Assembly: GCA_037440365.1 (NCBI GenBank)
Contig: JBBIUF010000003.1
Span: 28,910-92,909 of the forward strand
Length of the DNA stretch: 64,000 nt
DNA from: Chloroflexota bacterium
GTDB taxonomy: Bacteria > Chloroflexota > Anaerolineae > UBA4142
Direction: 5' to 3'
Part shown: one piece after another, positions 60,717-64,000 of the stretch
Position numbering within the stretch: the first letter of the stretch is position 1
Layout of the letters: the number at the start of each line of letters is the position of its first letter
The notes under the pieces: model-generated
Seen by the model: only the letters and a program-made list of their open reading frames with translations
Told to the model about the DNA's origin: nothing
Database searches by the model: none
Translations under genes and position numbers: made by a program

Positions 60717-61535
60717 TTACACCAGCCCCAAGGTTTTCAACACGATGGCGACAAACACGCCGCCAACCAGAACCCAACGCATAATGTCTTGCGCGAGCAA
60801 ACTGCTCAAGTGTGAGGGCTTGTTTGCTAGATACGCGCCGCCCGCATAAATCTCTTCGCCGATGAGTGGATGGGTCATGGTGGCGTTCACAAAGGGCAGA
60901 ACCCCCGGCGCGCTCGTGCCGCCGATTTGCATGAGTTCACGTTGTGCGCCCGTTTCACCCAACAACAAAAACTCGTCGCCGAAACGCCCAATCATCACGT
61001 TCGCCGCCAACTTTTGCTGATTCAATAAACGCATAACGCCCGCCGCATACGCAAACGCCCCAGCAGATCCGTTCGGCGATTCGATTAGAAGCGGCGGCGG
61101 TGCAACAAAGCGCGCATGGGTTGGGTTATATTCTTCAGGATATCCTTGCCGATTATACGCGCGGCGCAAAATATCTTGCGCGACGAGCAAGGCTGTTGGG
61201 TTAGCGACGGTAATAGTGGACGGCGTTGCGTTGACCGCACTACGATCAGCCATATAGTCCAACACCGTGAGCGCGGCGGCGGTATCTGCCGTCGCTTCAT
61301 CACCGATGCCAGCGACGCCAAGCGATAGATGCACCGGTTGCCCAAGTTCTGCCGCGCGTCCTAACAAACTTTTGAGCGTGGCATAGCCCGCAATCGGACG
61401 CAAGGTGAACTGCGCCCCGCGTTTCACTGCCCAGTAGGCAAAGAAAAAAATGGGGAGGAAAAAGAGGAAAAGTCCGAGCATGATGGCTTGCTCGGTGCCA
61501 ATCGTTGAATTGAGAAGATTCAGTAACGCATCCAA
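60717..61535 (-). CDS. Membrane protein, TM-soluble domain-TM architecture, unknown function (272 aa)
   Basis: N-terminal TM (LGLFLFFLPIFFFAYW), about 210-aa domain, C-terminal TM (WVLVGGVFVAIVL). No family recognised. Confidence 0.7.
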   Translation of the reverse strand: MDALLNLLNSTIGTEQAIMLGLFLFFLPIFFFAYWAVKRGAQFTLRPIAGYATLKSLLGRAAELGQPVHLSLGVAGIGDEATADTAAALTVLDYMADRSAVNATPSTITVANPTALLVAQDILRRAYNRQGYPEEYNPTHARFVAPPPLLIESPNGSAGAFAYAAGVMRLLNQQKLAANVMIGRFGDEFLLLGETGAQRELMQIGGTSAPGVLPFVNATMTHPLIGEEIYAGGAYLANKPSHLSSLLAQDIMRWVLVGGVFVAIVLKTLGLV

Positions 61536-61574
61536 CCCGCGACTCCTGATGAATGGTCACGTGCGCCGATACTG

Positions 61575-61850
61575 CTAATTAGGATTTGGGCGTTGATTCG
61601 CTTCCAAGTGTGCGAGTAACGCTTCAACCCCGTCTGGCTCTTGCACAATCAAGGTGAAATCGTTATAGTCCGCCGCATTGAATCCAAACGAGAGCAAGGG
61701 CTGGGCAACCCAAAGCAATTGCGCGCCCAAAAACGCCAACGGCTTGAAGGACTCGAAAAACAAAATCGCCGGTGCGGTCATTCCCAGTTCGGCGATCCGC
61801 CGCGCCAAACGATTCAGAACTTCTTCGCGTCGTGCCGGGTTCAAACACAT
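61575..61850 (-). CDS. Small hydrophobic protein, unknown function (91 aa)
   Basis: First ORF after the consensus promoter. One or two hydrophobic helices (APAILFFESFKPLAFLGAQLLWVAQPLL). Weak RBS, so the start is uncertain. Confidence 0.5.
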   Translation of the reverse strand: MCLNPARREEVLNRLARRIAELGMTAPAILFFESFKPLAFLGAQLLWVAQPLLSFGFNAADYNDFTLIVQEPDGVEALLAHLEANQRPNPN

Positions 61851-61890
61851 CGTTTAGCTCACAGAAGATTCTTATCCAACTCTGTTTCTC

Positions 61891-61919
61891 ATTATAAGTC
61901 TAGTATCACGTCAAGTCAA
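61891..61919 (-). promoter_or_regulatory. Near-consensus sigma-70 promoter of the 61.85-53.77 kb operon
   Basis: Minus strand reads TTGACT-17 nt-TATAAT, about 40 nt upstream of the ATG at 61850. Confidence 0.7.
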
Positions 61920-62146
61920 GCGTCCGATTGTCTGCACGAATCACGCTGGCATGGGTGCGCGTCCTAGTTTTGGATCGTTGCAGAGTTTGACCGCCATCGT
62001 TTTCAAACGATGGCTCACAAGATAAAAACTCGGTGAGCCGAGTTGCGCAAAGCGAATCGGTTTGGCCGAGTTGCACTTGCTCAGCCGCCGAATTTGATTC
62101 GGCGCTCGCCAAAAAAACTGACGCACACCTCGCTGGCATCGTCAAA

Positions 62147-62175
62147 TTGTCAAACCTCGCGCTTTCAGGTATAAT
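62147..62175 (+). promoter_or_regulatory. Near-consensus sigma-70 promoter upstream of the sugar ABC permease genes
   Basis: TTGTCA-17 nt-TATAAT. Predicts a leader of about 185 nt before the GTG at 62368. Confidence 0.65.
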
Positions 62176-62367
62176 CGCCACCGGAATTCTCAAGCAACCG
62201 ATCGAGCGCAAACCAATGGGTTGGTGGTTTAAGAAAACCTAACCGCAACGTTACATCCGCACTATGTTTGGATCAATCCATCTTAACCTAGACCGTCTAG
62301 TCTCAAGCGAGCTCACTGTGGTCGTCGAGGCATAGCGCTCTACGGCTAGAGCCGAGGAGTATCTAGC

Positions 62368-63387
62368 GTGGCTGAATCTGCTACACCTGTTTCGAAAACG
62401 CAAACCCGCGTCGCCACCACTACTGTCCATCCTCACCCGCGCCGAATCCAGTGGTCAGCCTACCTCTATATCCTGCCCGCGTTTGCGATCATCATCACCT
62501 TTCACATCCTGCCTGTGTTCTACGCAATTTATATCAGCCTGAACAAAGGTGCCATCAACAAATTTCAATTTGTAGGTCTGGAGAATTATGCGCGCGCGCT
62601 GGGGAGCGGCGATTTTTGGAACGCGCTCGTCACCACGTTTGCGTATGCGCTGTTGACCATGCCCTTTACGATTGCACTCGCCTTGTTCTTTGCCTACTTG
62701 CTTTACCAACCGTTTGTCAAAGCGCGCGGTTTTTTTCGCGCAATTTTTTTCCTGCCCTATGTCGTGTCCACCGTCGGTTCTTCGATTGTGTGGGCATGGA
62801 TTTTCGATCCGCGGAGCGGTCTCGCCAACTGGATGCTCAAACATCTGGGTCTGCCATCTTTGCGTTGGTTGATTGAACCCTCCGGTATTTTCGAGATCAT
62901 GGCGAAAAATGCGGGCATTACTCTGCCGGGTTGGGCGAACGGGCCCAGCCTTGCGCTCGTCGCCATCGCGATTTTTTCCATCTGGCAAGCGATGGGCTAT
63001 GACATTGTAATCTTTCTTGCGGGACTCACGAACATTCCGGGCGAATTGTACGAAGCGGCACGCATGGACGGCGCAAATGGTTGGGATTTGTTTCGCAACA
63101 TCACCTTGCCCTTGCTTGCGCCAACGACGTTTTTCGTGATCGTCATTTCAGTCATAGGGTCACTCCAATCGTTCAATCATATCTTTACGATGAACAAAGC
63201 GGCGGCGCAATCATTGGGCGGACCGCTGGGTAGCACCAGCACCTTGACCGTGTACATGTTCGATCAACTCTACTCGTACTCCAATTACGGTTACGCCTCG
63301 GCGATTGCCATTTTGCTTTCGCTGATTATCCTCAGTTTCACCATTTTCAACTTTACCGTCCTCGAAAAACGCGCGCGCCCAAATTAA
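62368..63387 (+). CDS. Carbohydrate ABC transporter permease (MalF/UgpA-like)
   Basis: 339 aa, GTG start with GAGGAG 8 nt upstream. 6 TM helices. EAA loop (LYEAARMDGANGWDLFRNITLPLL). Confidence 0.9.
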   Translation: MAESATPVSKTQTRVATTTVHPHPRRIQWSAYLYILPAFAIIITFHILPVFYAIYISLNKGAINKFQFVGLENYARALGSGDFWNALVTTFAYALLTMPFTIALALFFAYLLYQPFVKARGFFRAIFFLPYVVSTVGSSIVWAWIFDPRSGLANWMLKHLGLPSLRWLIEPSGIFEIMAKNAGITLPGWANGPSLALVAIAIFSIWQAMGYDIVIFLAGLTNIPGELYEAARMDGANGWDLFRNITLPLLAPTTFFVIVISVIGSLQSFNHIFTMNKAAAQSLGGPLGSTSTLTVYMFDQLYSYSNYGYASAIAILLSLIILSFTIFNFTVLEKRARPN

Positions 63388-63401
63388 CATAGGATCATCC
63401 C

Positions 63402-64000
63402 ATGTCGCTCAATATCGATCGAATCAAAAACGGCTTGACGCAAACAATCATTTACGCCATCTTGATCGGCGGCGCGATCTGGGCGATCTTTCCCTTTGTG
63501 TGGATGGTGCTGTCATCGCTCAAAGGTTATGCGGAAGCGTCCGCCGCGGAAAATTTTTTGCCGACCCGCTGGCTCTTTTCCAACTATGTGCAAGCGTGGA
63601 ACCAGGTCGGCTTTTTTCCGCAATATTTTGCGAACACCATTTTTATCGCGCTTGCTACAGTGGCTGGCGTGTTAATTACGTCAACGCTCGCCGCGTATGC
63701 GTTCGCACGCATGGAATTTCCAGGCCGCAACGTATTATTCATCATCTTGCTTGCCACGATGATGGTCCCGTTCGAAGTGACACTGATTCCAAATTTCATC
63801 ATGGTGCGAAATTTGAAATGGGTGGATAATTTTGCGGCGTTGATCATTCCGTGGACCGCTAGTGCGTTTAGCGTTTTTCTTCTGCGCCAATTCTTTCGCT
63901 CGATTCCAACTGAATTGTACGATGCCGCCGTAATTGACGGATGCTCACAGTTGCGCTTTTTAATCTCGATCGTGATTCCGCTCTCGCGTCCCGCGATGAT
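63402..64000 (+). CDS. Carbohydrate ABC transporter permease (MalG/UgpE-like), 3' end outside window
   Basis: Translated manually from ATG 63402: MSLNIDRIKNG...FPFVWMVLSSLK...LYDAAVIDGCSQLRFL (EAA loop). Open to the window edge. Not in the ORF track because it has no stop codon. Confidence 0.9.
   Translation, partial: MSLNIDRIKNGLTQTIIYAILIGGAIWAIFPFVWMVLSSLKGYAEASAAENFLPTRWLFSNYVQAWNQVGFFPQYFANTIFIALATVAGVLITSTLAAYAFARMEFPGRNVLFIILLATMMVPFEVTLIPNFIMVRNLKWVDNFAALIIPWTASAFSVFLLRQFFRSIPTELYDAAVIDGCSQLRFLISIVIPLSRPAM

Noticed and set aside
1-64000. Whole-window scan for tRNA/rRNA genes, CRISPR arrays, integrases, transposases, phage structural genes and toxin-antitoxin pairs.
   Set aside because: None were recognised. 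Intergenic regions are short and are accounted for by promoters, terminators, the T-box leader or the leaders noted above. A tRNAscan/Infernal run would be the decisive check.

Overview
64-kb, gene-dense chromosomal segment with about 58 protein-coding genes, moderately GC-rich by eye. I found no rRNA or tRNA genes, no CRISPR array, and no transposase, integrase or phage genes. Several traits suggest a Chloroflexota (Anaerolineae-like) bacterium, but this is inference only: Pro/Thr-rich linkers after lipoboxes, TrpB2, a T-box leader, a GlmL-like ATPase, and a nested palindromic element.

Gene blocks:
(1) 1-7.8 kb: CoxL/CoxM-type molybdenum hydroxylase subunits, a TAT-exported 4Fe-4S protein, a cytochrome b-like membrane protein, and MocA/XdhC maturation genes. 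Three unrelated genes interrupt this block.
(2) 8.1-22.4 kb: a LacI-linked minus-strand catabolic operon. It holds two PfkB kinases, two Zn-ADHs, an IolG-like oxidoreductase, two xylose-isomerase-like TIM barrels, a creatininase-family hydrolase and an Afu/Fbp-type ABC importer.
(3) 22.5-28.8 kb: MarR, an asymmetric heterodimeric ABC exporter, and two HlyD-like adaptors.
(4) 29.0-31.0 kb: a translationally coupled methyltransferase / cytoplasmic trypsin-like protease / small-protein operon. It is divergent from a probably leaderless 1501-aa Lhr helicase gene that carries an in-frame palindromic element.
(5) 35.6-40.2 kb: GH4 glycosidase, tartrate dehydrogenase and a DASS transporter.
(6) 40.2-53.7 kb: a long minus-strand array. 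It contains an aminotransferase, a HlyD-like protein, a secreted propeller-lipase fusion, Bcp, a hydrolase, a tandem ThyX-like protein, a PilZ protein, and a Trp T-box leader followed by trpS, trpB2 and a ParB/Srx-fold gene.
(7) 53.8-61.9 kb: an eight-gene operon behind a consensus promoter. All products lack an assigned function, and it is organised around a GlmL/MutL-type actin-fold ATPase and a zinc-ribbon protein with a PDWL motif array. This is my best candidate for an undescribed system.
(8) 62.1-64.0 kb: sugar ABC permease genes behind a long leader.

All family calls come from motif recognition by eye. No searches were run.
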